From Kiloniella sp. GXU_MW_B19 (GTDB lineage Bacteria > Pseudomonadota > Alphaproteobacteria > Kiloniellales > Kiloniellaceae), in NCBI RefSeq assembly GCF_039592655.1, contig NZ_JBBUTJ010000002.1, positions 81,425 through 105,424 on the forward strand: DNA of 24,000 bases. The letters run 5' to 3'. A program made the translations under genes and the position numbers. The notes beneath the pieces were generated by a model that was not told where the DNA came from, searched no databases, and saw nothing but the letters and a program-made list of their open reading frames with translations. Positions 16,493-24,000 of this stretch are shown here, one piece after another. Position 1 is the first letter of the stretch; the number at the start of each line of letters is the position of its first letter.

Positions 16493-17155
16493 ATGCGCTC
16501 GTCACGGATGTTCGAAATCATTCAGTCGCTTCGCAGTGCCTCGAAACCACTGACAGCACAGGATCTGGCAGAGCAGCTGGAAGTCACAAAGCGAACGGTC
16601 TATCGCGACATTGCCTCCCTGCAGTCCATGCGCATCCCCATAGAGGGGGAGGCCGGTGTCGGCTATATCATGCGCAAGGGCTATGACCTGCCACCGATCA
16701 ACTTCGACATTGAAGAAGCCGAAGCCATTTCAGTCGGTCTGAGCATGATCGCACGCACAGGAGACAAAAGCCTGGAAAAGGCCGCCCTGCGCGCGGCATC
16801 GAAGCTGTGCGAGGCAACAAAGATCAGTGAAACTCTCTTCTCCACAAGCTGGGGCGCAGAGCCTCCCTGTCACATCGATCTCTCCGCCCTTCGCGAGGCC
16901 ATCAGGCAGGAGCACAAGGTCTGCCTGCACTACCGCAATGTGGAGCAGGAATTCTCAGAGCGGACCATTCGTCCCCTTGCCCTGATCTATTACGCCGAAA
17001 CCGTGGTCATCGCGGCCTGGTGCGAACTGCGGGAGGACTTCCGCCATTTTCGCGCCGACCGCGTTCTGTCCAGCGCCGTGCTGGAAGACAGCTTCACCGG
17101 ACAGGGCGACAGCCTCAGGCAAAGATGGGCAGAAATCAACGGCACCTGTTTCTGA
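16493..17155 (+). CDS. YafY-like transcriptional regulator (N-terminal HTH plus WYL domain)
   Basis: This is ORF 16436..17155. I prefer ATG 16493, which is preceded by aaaggggaag. The HTH is LTAQDLAEQLEVTKRTVYRDIASL. The WYL-type block is RTIRPLALIYYAETVVIAAWCELREDFRHFRADRV. Confidence 0.85.
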   Translation: MRSSRMFEIIQSLRSASKPLTAQDLAEQLEVTKRTVYRDIASLQSMRIPIEGEAGVGYIMRKGYDLPPINFDIEEAEAISVGLSMIARTGDKSLEKAALRAASKLCEATKISETLFSTSWGAEPPCHIDLSALREAIRQEHKVCLHYRNVEQEFSERTIRPLALIYYAETVVIAAWCELREDFRHFRADRVLSSAVLEDSFTGQGDSLRQRWAEINGTCF

Positions 17156-17162
17156 AAACAAA

Positions 17163-17189
17163 AAAGGCCGCGCCAATGGCGCGACCTTT
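17163..17189. terminator. Bidirectional rho-independent terminator between convergent genes
   Basis: aaaggccgcgcc, a 3-nt loop aat, then ggcgcgaccttt, with one mismatch. The A-run on one side and T-run on the other allow function on both strands. Confidence 0.75.
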
Positions 17190-17228
17190 CCTGAGCCTGC
17201 AAAATATTCTCAGGCCGGGGTGTCCGGA

Positions 17229-18245
17229 TTATTTCCAGCCAACGCGATCAAAGATCTTTTGCGCTGTCGGCTGGTTTTCACCGTAAGCGTTTACGTTGAT
17301 GGTATCGACCTTGAAGTCACCCCAGGACTTGATGGTGGAGTTTGGCGCAACACCTTCCACAACAGGGTATTCATTGTTGCCATCAGCAAAGTAGCGCTGA
17401 GCGGAATCGCTCGCCAGATACTCGATGAACTTGACCGCGTTCTCGCGATGCGGAGCGTGAGCAGTCACACCTGCACCTGAAATGTTCACGTGTGTGCCGC
17501 GATCATTCTGGTTCGGGAACACGATACCGAGTTTTTCGGCCAGACCCTTGTCGGAATCCTTTGGCTTCTTGATCAGACGCGCAAAGTAGTAGCTGTTGGA
17601 AACAGCAACAACACACTCGCCGGAACCAATGCCGCGCAGCTGGTTTGTGTCACCGCTGACAGGTTGACGGGCAAAGTTTGCAACAACGCCTTTCGCCCAC
17701 TCTTCAGCAGCAGCTTCGCCCTTGTGCTCGACGATGGACGCCAGCAGAGACTGGTTGTAGATGTTGGAAGACTTGCGGATGCAGACCTTACCAGCCCATT
17801 TCGGATCAGCCAGATCCTCATAGCTTGTGATCTCGCCTTCCTTGACCTTGGCTTTGTCGTAGAAGATTGCACGGGCGCGTGTGGACAGGCCGAACCACTT
17901 GCCATCTTCATGGCGCAGGTTTGCAGGGATACGGCTTTCCAGCTCATCAGAAGATACAGCCTGGAACACACCCTGTTGCTCGGCGCGCCACAGGTTGCCC
18001 GCATCAACGGTGATCAGAACGTCAGCCGGGCTGTTTTCACCTTCACTTTTGATACGCTCAACCAGTGCAGGGCCCTTGCCTTCAATCAGGTTGACCTTGA
18101 TGCCTGTCGCCTTGGTGAAATCGTCATACAGCGCCTGGTCGGTCTGATAGTGACGGGAAGAGTAAACATTCACCACTTCTTCAGCCTGGGCAGCAAAAGC
18201 GCTGAAACCCATAACGGCAGCTGTTGCCATCAAAAGTGCTTTCAT
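17229..18245 (-). CDS. Fe(3+) ABC transporter periplasmic substrate-binding protein (FbpA/AfuA-like)
   Basis: This is ORF 17229..18290. I prefer the ATG at 18245, preceded by AAGGAG, which gives the signal peptide MKALLMATAAVMGFSAFAAQA/EE. The blocks VNVYSSRHYQTD and ADVLITVDAGNLWRAEQQG are typical of ferric binding proteins. Confidence 0.85.
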   Translation of the reverse strand: MKALLMATAAVMGFSAFAAQAEEVVNVYSSRHYQTDQALYDDFTKATGIKVNLIEGKGPALVERIKSEGENSPADVLITVDAGNLWRAEQQGVFQAVSSDELESRIPANLRHEDGKWFGLSTRARAIFYDKAKVKEGEITSYEDLADPKWAGKVCIRKSSNIYNQSLLASIVEHKGEAAAEEWAKGVVANFARQPVSGDTNQLRGIGSGECVVAVSNSYYFARLIKKPKDSDKGLAEKLGIVFPNQNDRGTHVNISGAGVTAHAPHRENAVKFIEYLASDSAQRYFADGNNEYPVVEGVAPNSTIKSWGDFKVDTINVNAYGENQPTAQKIFDRVGWK

Positions 18246-18355
18246 CGGGAAAACTCCTTGGAATCGTTCCGGAAATTGAAAAAGGGACAAAATCCCCGGG
18301 AAATCGGGACTCTGCCTGAGCCCTCCTGATACTAAGAAGCGCTCTCAACTCGGAA

Positions 18356-18374
18356 GATAAAATGCAAATCATTC
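18356..18374. promoter_or_regulatory. Fur-box-like sequence upstream of the ferric binding-protein gene
   Basis: In gataaaatgcaaatcattc, the core aatgcaaatcatt matches the classical aatgataatcatt at 11 of 13 positions. It lies about 110-130 nt upstream of the start at 18245. Confidence 0.4.
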
Positions 18375-18525
18375 GCACTTTTTTCAAGCGAAAAAGGGTT
18401 TCACATATCCGATTCTTCTGGTCGGGTATTCATTACAACCGTATGACGCCGAATGGAACTCATCCAAAAAGGCAAACAACATCCTGATATCAAAAACAAA
18501 ACAATGAACAATCATTTTTCATAAA

Positions 18526-18556
18526 GCAAAAAAGGCACCACCTGTTGTGATGCCTT
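18526..18556 (-). terminator. Rho-independent terminator of chpT (minus strand)
   Basis: On the minus strand, aaggcatcaca pairs with ggtggtgcctt (one mismatch). The stem is followed by tttttt. Confidence 0.7.
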
Positions 18557-18588
18557 TTAGAAAGAATCCGGACGGAAAAACCGACAGG

Positions 18589-19266
18589 TTATCCCTCTGC
18601 AGCCTCTTCCAGCTCGTCTTCCTTCGCCAGCGGGAAGGCCACAATGAACTGGATGTGATCATCCACGGCCTCGTTCAGCAGCAGGTCTGTTCCCATGCGT
18701 TTGGCCAGCTGACGCGTGAAGAACCCGTGCACGTTGCGCGGGGACAGGTCCTCAACCTCGACATGATCATCCATGGCGATCCGCAGATCATCCCGCAGCC
18801 CGGCGCGATCTCCTGCAGCCGTTACCGCAAGGAACAGCCCGACATCGCTGGACCCGATATGCGCTGTGATCTTCCCGCCACGCGGCAGGGACTCAACAGC
18901 CAGCTCCACCAGATTGAGCAACAGCTTGCCCGCCTCGTCCGGCAGACCATCGGGAATGGCATCAACAGACCAGGCAAACTGTGCCTTGGAATGGGAAACA
19001 TAATTGAGAATCAGTTCACGCAGGGCACCGAAGTCCCCCCCGACACGGTTGCCTGCCATACCATAGGCCAGACGGTAAAACTGCAAGGCATGACCGGACT
19101 GGCGGGCCGAACGGCTGGCCAGTTCCAGTGCCTCATCCTGCATTCCCATCGAATCATCGGCCATCAGTTCCAGACCGTTGCTGACAGCACCGATTGGCCC
19201 CACGAGGTCATGACAAAGCCTTGAAGCCAGCAGCTCCATCACACGAAAATCTACGACTGTTCCCAT
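18589..19266 (-). CDS. chpT: Histidine phosphotransferase ChpT (CckA-ChpT-CtrA phosphorelay)
   Basis: This is ORF 18589..19272, which opens with TTG. I prefer the ATG at 19266. The phosphoacceptor region LASRLCHDLVGPIGAVSNGLELM closely parallels Caulobacter ChpT (LAARLCHDFISPASAIVSGLDLL). It is followed by a degenerate HATPase-like domain. Confidence 0.85.
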   Translation of the reverse strand: MGTVVDFRVMELLASRLCHDLVGPIGAVSNGLELMADDSMGMQDEALELASRSARQSGHALQFYRLAYGMAGNRVGGDFGALRELILNYVSHSKAQFAWSVDAIPDGLPDEAGKLLLNLVELAVESLPRGGKITAHIGSSDVGLFLAVTAAGDRAGLRDDLRIAMDDHVEVEDLSPRNVHGFFTRQLAKRMGTDLLLNEAVDDHIQFIVAFPLAKEDELEEAAEG

Positions 19267-19731
19267 ATTCAATCTCTTTAGGTATTCCTGATTTTCGGAC
19301 CCCTGCCTGCGATATCAGCGCCTATTTGGCTGCAGAAAATACCTGAATGGCCCGTTTACTTCGGCACAATAGAACATGAAAGTTCTCTGGAAAGAGTTAA
19401 CAATACAGGGAATTTTCACGGCAAACTGCATTTTTTTGCAATATTTTGAAGTATCTCCGTACCACCGGAAGTCTTCCTGTTCGGATTTTCCTATCATTGC
19501 GATCCATTCGCAATAGCTTTTGCCTATTACAGCATAGCTCAATGCGAATGGTGCTTTGCCCGGAGGTGCTTCAAAAGGACACGGAAACTGGTGCATACTC
19601 TATGCAAAGTCAGAGCAAATGCATTCTGAAGAAATGATCAGTTCCTGATCTGCCGGATCCCGTATCAGGCTTTCAGGACAAAGCGTAAAGGCCAGCAAGA
19701 GCCTCTCGCAAAGAAATTGGAGAAATGAGTT

Positions 19732-21447
19732 ATGTCGCAGTCTGCTGTCCCGGCGAACGACGCGCCCGTTAAACGTACCATCCATCCGGGCTCCGGCCGC
19801 CGGAAGCCAGCGCTTTTTGCGAAGGGCCGCAATCTGGAGATCGAGGCGGAAAAGGAAATTGCCGAGCTGCTCGGCACACGTTCCCGCCAGCGCGATCTGC
19901 TGATCGAGCACCTGCATCTGGTTCAGGACACCTATGGCTGTCTGAAGGCAGGCCACATGCAGGCTCTGGCCAATGAAATGCGCCTCCCGATGGCAGAGGT
20001 TTACGAGGTTGCCTCCTTCTACGCTCACTTCGACATCGTTCTGGATGGCGAGGCAGAGCCCGAGGAAATCACCATTCGCGTGTGTGACAGCCTGTCCTGC
20101 GAACTGGCCGGTGCCCAGGAACTGCTGGCCGAGACACAGCGCCTGAAAGGCGACAACGTCCGCGTTGTTCGCGCACCCTGCATGGGTCGCTGCGAATGTG
20201 CGCCTGTTGCCGAGGTCGGTCACAACCACATTGTCAATGCGACGGCCGAAGCGCTGATCAAGACCGCTGAAGACAACGACACTCACGCCCACCTGCCCGA
20301 CTACAAGTCCTATGAAGACTATGTGGCAGAAGGCGGTTACCAGACACTGCGTGACTGCTACGCCGGCAAGTACACTCCCGACCAGATCGTTGACCTGCTC
20401 AAGGATTCCGGCCTTCGCGGTCTGGGGGGCGCGGGCTTCCCGACCGGCATGAAGTGGGGCATTATCCGCCAGCAGCCAAAGCCGCGCCTGATGGCAATCA
20501 ACGGCGATGAGGGCGAGCCCGGTACCTTCAAGGACCGTACCTATCTGGAAAGCGATCCGCACCGTTTCCTAGAAGGCATGCTGATCGGTGCCTGGTGTGG
20601 CGAGGTTGACGCCAGCTACATCTATATCCGTGACGAATACCCCGCCGTGATCGAAATCCTGAAAAAGGAGATCGACAAGCTCTACGCCGAAGGTCTGAAT
20701 AACGGTGTTCGTGTTGATGTGCGCCGTGGTGCCGGTGCCTACATCTGCGGTGAAGAGTCCGCGATGATCGAGTCCATTGAAGGCAAGCGCGGCCTGCCGC
20801 GTCACAAACCTCCCTTCCCGACGCAGGTTGGTCTGTTCGGTCTGCCGACAGTGACCAACAACGTCGAAACCGTCTACTGGGTGCGCGACCTGATCGAAAA
20901 GGGTCCGGAGTGGTTCACATCACACGGCCGCAACGGTCGCAAGGGTCTGCGTTCTTTCTCCGTATCCGGCCGCGTGAAGAACCCCGGTGTGAAGCTGGCT
21001 CCTGCCGGTATCACCATCAAGGAACTGATCGAGGAATACTGTGGCGGCATGATCGACGGCCAGGAATTCAAGGCCTATCTGCCAGGCGGTCCTTCCGGCG
21101 GTATCCTGCCGGCAAGCCTTGGCGATATCCCGCTCGACTTCGATACCCTGCACGAATACGGCTGCTTCATCGGTTCTGCCGCTGTTGTGGTTCTGTCCGA
21201 CCAGGACAAAATCCGTGACGTTGTCACAAACCTGATGCGTTTCTTCGAGGATGAAAGCTGCGGTCAGTGTACACCCTGCCGCGTGGGAACCGAAAAGGCC
21301 GTCAAGCTGATCGAGCAGGAAACCTGGGATCAGGACCTGCTGAAGGAACTGTCGACCGTCATGATGGATGCCTCCATCTGTGGTCTGGGTCAGGCAGCTC
21401 CGAACCCGCTTCTGAGCGCCATGAAACACTTCTCTGACGAACTATAA
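19732..21447 (+). CDS. NAD-dependent formate dehydrogenase beta subunit, fused NuoE-like plus NuoF-like (FdsG/FdsB-type)
   Basis: 571 aa. The N-terminal module has a 2Fe-2S Cys pattern (VCDSLSC ... CMGRCEC). It is followed by GLRGLGGAGFPTGMKW (FMN/NAD site) and ESCGQCTPCRVG (4Fe-4S). Confidence 0.88.
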   Translation: MSQSAVPANDAPVKRTIHPGSGRRKPALFAKGRNLEIEAEKEIAELLGTRSRQRDLLIEHLHLVQDTYGCLKAGHMQALANEMRLPMAEVYEVASFYAHFDIVLDGEAEPEEITIRVCDSLSCELAGAQELLAETQRLKGDNVRVVRAPCMGRCECAPVAEVGHNHIVNATAEALIKTAEDNDTHAHLPDYKSYEDYVAEGGYQTLRDCYAGKYTPDQIVDLLKDSGLRGLGGAGFPTGMKWGIIRQQPKPRLMAINGDEGEPGTFKDRTYLESDPHRFLEGMLIGAWCGEVDASYIYIRDEYPAVIEILKKEIDKLYAEGLNNGVRVDVRRGAGAYICGEESAMIESIEGKRGLPRHKPPFPTQVGLFGLPTVTNNVETVYWVRDLIEKGPEWFTSHGRNGRKGLRSFSVSGRVKNPGVKLAPAGITIKELIEEYCGGMIDGQEFKAYLPGGPSGGILPASLGDIPLDFDTLHEYGCFIGSAAVVVLSDQDKIRDVVTNLMRFFEDESCGQCTPCRVGTEKAVKLIEQETWDQDLLKELSTVMMDASICGLGQAAPNPLLSAMKHFSDEL

Positions 21448-21474
21448 GAACCCCGAAAACAGGAGAGAAAAACA

Positions 21475-24000
21475 ATGGTTATGCACAACGACAAACCCGT
21501 TAATTTCGTCCTCAACGGGGAAGAGGTCACCGCAGCCCCGGGTGAAAGCATCTGGGATGTGGCAGAGCGTCTGGGCACTGAAATCCCGCACCTTTGCTAC
21601 CAGCCCGAGCCCGGCTATCGCCCGGACGGGAACTGCCGCGCCTGTATGGTGGAGATCGAAGGCGAGCGCACACTCGCTGCCTCCTGTATCCGCGTTCCTG
21701 CAGAAGGCATGAAGGTCAACACGGCAACCGAACGCGCCAAACGTGCGCGTAACATGGTCTTTGAGCTGCTGGTTGCCGATCAGCCGGAGAGAGAGGAAAC
21801 CCACGAGGAAGAAAGCAAGTTCTGGCACTGGGCTTCCGACATCGGCGTGACCGAAAGCCGCTTCCCGGCTCACGGACGTCCGGCACCGGACATGAGCCAC
21901 TCGGCCATTGCCGTCAACCTTGATGCCTGCATCAACTGTAATCTCTGCGTTCGCGCCTGCCGCGAAGTCCAGGTGAACGACGTGATCGGCATGGCCTATC
22001 GCGGCTCCCGCTCCAGCATTATCTTTGACTTTGACACAGACATGGGCGAGTCCACCTGTGTGGCCTGTGGCGAATGTGTCCAGGCCTGCCCGACCGGCGC
22101 CCTGATGGAAAAGAACCTGCTGAACGAAGACCTGCGCCGCACAGAATACGCGGACGAGATCATCACATCGGTCTGCCCGTTCTGCGGTGTTGGCTGTCAG
22201 ACAGAAGTCCACGTCAAGGACAACAAGATCATCAAGATTGATGGTGCCGACGGTCCTGCGAACGAAAAGCGTCTCTGCGTCAAAGGCCGCTTCGGTTACG
22301 ACTACATCCACAACCCGAACCGCCTGACAAAGCCGCTGATCCGTCGCGAAGACGCTCCGCGCGGCTGGGATGTGCAGGTTCCCGACAACGACTACAGCCA
22401 GTTCTTCCGCGAAGCGACGTGGGAAGAGGCTCTGGAAGTTGCCGCAAACGGCCTGAAGTCCATCCGTGACAACAAGGGTCCAAAGGCTCTGGCCGGCTTC
22501 GGTTCTGCGAAAGGCTCCAACGAGGAAGCCTATCTGTTCCAGAAACTGGTCCGGACCGGCTTCGGCAGCAACAACGTCGACCACTGTACCCGCCTGTGTC
22601 ACGCCTCTTCCGTTGCAGCGCTGATGGAAGGTGTCGGCTCCGGTGCGGTCTCTGCACCGTTCAATGCGGTTGACGATGCAGAGGTCATGGTTGTGATCGG
22701 TGCACGTCCGGGCTGGAACCACCCTGTTGCCGCGTCCTATATCAAGAACGCAGCCAAGGACCCGAACAAGCGCCTCTACGTGATGGACCCCCGCGGACAG
22801 AACCTGGTGAAATACGCCGAGAAACACCTGCAGTTCAAGCCGGGCCGTGACGTGGCGATGATCAACGCCATGATCTACACGATCATAGAGGAAAACCTCT
22901 ACGACAGACAGTATGTCCAGGCGAACACCGAAGGCTTCGAGGACATCAAGTCCAACATCAGCAAGTTCAAGCCGGAGGACATGGAGGAAATCTGTGGCAT
23001 CGAAGCGCAAACCCTGCGCGAGGTGGCCCGTGACTTCGCAAGCTCCAAGGCATCCCTGATCCTGTGGGGCATGGGTGTCTCCCAGCACGTTCACGGCACA
23101 GACAACGTGCGCAGCCTGATCACCCTGTCCCTGATCACCGGCCAGATCGGTCGTCCGGGCACAGGTCTGCACCCGCTGCGTGGTCAGAACAACGTACAGG
23201 GCGCCTCCGATGCCGGTCTGATCCCGATGGTTTATCCGGATTACCAGTCCGTCGAAAACTCCGACATCAAATCCCGCATGGAAGAGTTCTGGGGCAAGGA
23301 ACTTGATCCCAAACGCGGCCTGACTGTCGTGGAGATCATGGATGCCATTCACAACGGTGAAATCACCGGCATGTACATCCAGGGCGAAAACCCTGCCATG
23401 TCCGACCCGGATGCGAAACACGCCCGTGAAGCCCTGTCCAAACTCGACCACCTGGTCGTTCAGGACATCTTCATGACCGAAACCGCATGGCATGCCGATG
23501 TGGTTCTGCCATCCACAGCGCATGCTGAAAAGGATGGCACCTTCACCAACACCAACCGGACCGTCCAGATCGGCCGCGCGGTTGTTCCGGCACCGGGCGA
23601 AGCCCGTCCGGACTGGGATCTCATTCAGGAGATTGCCGTGCGCATGGGTGAAAACTGGAACTACAAACACCCGAGCGATGTCTTCAACGAAATGGCACAG
23701 GTCATGCCGTCGCTGAAAAACATCACATGGGAGCGCCTGGAGGACGAGGAAGCGGTCACATACCCCTGTGAAGCACCGGATCATCCGGGCACGGAAATCC
23801 TCTTTGCCAACGGCTTCCCGACACAGTCCGGCCGCGGCAAGCTGGTGCCGACAAATGTCATTGATCCGGACGAACTGCCGGACGACGAGTTCCCGCTGGT
23901 TCTCACAACAGGTCGTCTGCTGGAGCACTGGCACACCGGTGCGATGACCCGTCGTTCCAAGGTTCTCGACGCCCTTGAGCCGGAAGCGGTGGTCTTCATC
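21475..24000 (+). CDS. Formate dehydrogenase alpha subunit (FdsA-type, molybdopterin, Cys active site); 3' end beyond the window
   Basis: This gene is absent from the ORF track because there is no in-window stop. I translated it by hand from ATG 21475 (aggagag at 21461-21467): MVMHNDKPVNFVLNGEEV...DGNCRACMVEIEG (2Fe-2S), CINCNLCVRAC (4Fe-4S), CPFCGVGC (MopB 4Fe-4S), VDHCTRLCHASS (active-site Cys codon TGT at 22597-22599) and LEHWHTGAMTRR near the end. The frame stays open for all 842 codons. Confidence 0.9.
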   Translation, partial: MVMHNDKPVNFVLNGEEVTAAPGESIWDVAERLGTEIPHLCYQPEPGYRPDGNCRACMVEIEGERTLAASCIRVPAEGMKVNTATERAKRARNMVFELLVADQPEREETHEEESKFWHWASDIGVTESRFPAHGRPAPDMSHSAIAVNLDACINCNLCVRACREVQVNDVIGMAYRGSRSSIIFDFDTDMGESTCVACGECVQACPTGALMEKNLLNEDLRRTEYADEIITSVCPFCGVGCQTEVHVKDNKIIKIDGADGPANEKRLCVKGRFGYDYIHNPNRLTKPLIRREDAPRGWDVQVPDNDYSQFFREATWEEALEVAANGLKSIRDNKGPKALAGFGSAKGSNEEAYLFQKLVRTGFGSNNVDHCTRLCHASSVAALMEGVGSGAVSAPFNAVDDAEVMVVIGARPGWNHPVAASYIKNAAKDPNKRLYVMDPRGQNLVKYAEKHLQFKPGRDVAMINAMIYTIIEENLYDRQYVQANTEGFEDIKSNISKFKPEDMEEICGIEAQTLREVARDFASSKASLILWGMGVSQHVHGTDNVRSLITLSLITGQIGRPGTGLHPLRGQNNVQGASDAGLIPMVYPDYQSVENSDIKSRMEEFWGKELDPKRGLTVVEIMDAIHNGEITGMYIQGENPAMSDPDAKHAREALSKLDHLVVQDIFMTETAWHADVVLPSTAHAEKDGTFTNTNRTVQIGRAVVPAPGEARPDWDLIQEIAVRMGENWNYKHPSDVFNEMAQVMPSLKNITWERLEDEEAVTYPCEAPDHPGTEILFANGFPTQSGRGKLVPTNVIDPDELPDDEFPLVLTTGRLLEHWHTGAMTRRSKVLDALEPEAVVFI

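Noticed and set aside
19315-19596. 93-aa ORF on the minus strand upstream of chpT
   Set aside because: It lies in the AT-rich intergenic region and has an odd Cys/Phe/Tyr/Trp-rich composition. It has no convincing RBS and no recognisable motif. It is most likely non-coding regulatory DNA, though conservation could be checked.
19600-19731. Possible Moco (molybdenum cofactor) riboswitch in the fdh leader
   Set aside because: The context would fit, but I cannot find the conserved Moco-motif cores in this stretch. It needs an Infernal/Rfam scan before any claim.
17490-20562. ORFs of 279 aa (+, 17490..18329), 225 aa (+, 18547..19224) and 320 aa (-, 19600..20562)
   Set aside because: They are antisense to the ferric binding protein, chpT and the formate dehydrogenase beta genes respectively. 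They show no motifs and an atypical composition.
21442-23934. 830-aa ORF on the minus strand
   Set aside because: It is the antisense shadow of the formate dehydrogenase alpha gene. The + strand frame from 21475 encodes textbook Fe-S and molybdopterin motifs. The minus-strand product is Arg/Val/Gly/His-rich with no recognisable domain.

Overview
This looks like a chromosomal segment from an alphaproteobacterium, based on a ChpT phosphotransferase, an SbmA/BacA-type transporter and moderate GC. I support about 21 protein genes and two riboswitches.

**Layout**
- 201-5631: a seven-gene thiamine operon under a TPP riboswitch, thiD-thiO-thiS-thiG-thiE, a ThiY-like binding protein, then tenA. Start and stop codons overlap, and the operon ends in a clear intrinsic terminator.
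- 5789-7978: a monocistronic gene for a 729-aa membrane-anchored protein. Its C-terminal half is eight exact 44-residue (132-nt) tandem repeats that I cannot assign to a known family.
- 8060-11388: an Lrp/AsnC regulator divergent from a Zn alcohol dehydrogenase, then an ABC ATPase and permease with no adjacent binding protein.
- 11621-13757: a short SbmA/BacA-like transporter, then an FMN riboswitch and ribB.
- 14011-17155: an ArsR-family regulator divergent from an ArsP-like permease, then a DMT/EamA transporter divergent from an HTH-WYL regulator.
- 17229-24000: an orphan Fe(3+) binding protein, chpT, a 460-bp AT-rich intergenic region, and an NAD-type formate dehydrogenase. This is a fused NuoE/NuoF-like beta subunit followed by a Cys-type alpha subunit that runs off the window.

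The alpha subunit is missing from the supplied ORF track, which shows only its 830-aa antisense shadow.

I found no transposase, integrase, tRNA, CRISPR array or recognisable defence system. Most of the window is ordinary housekeeping or transport content. The repeat protein is the only clearly uncharacterised element. The other points worth a second look are the apparently split ThiY/ABC importer, the minimal ArsR-ArsP pair with a Cys-rich loop, and a perfect 14-bp palindrome in the DMT/WYL promoter.
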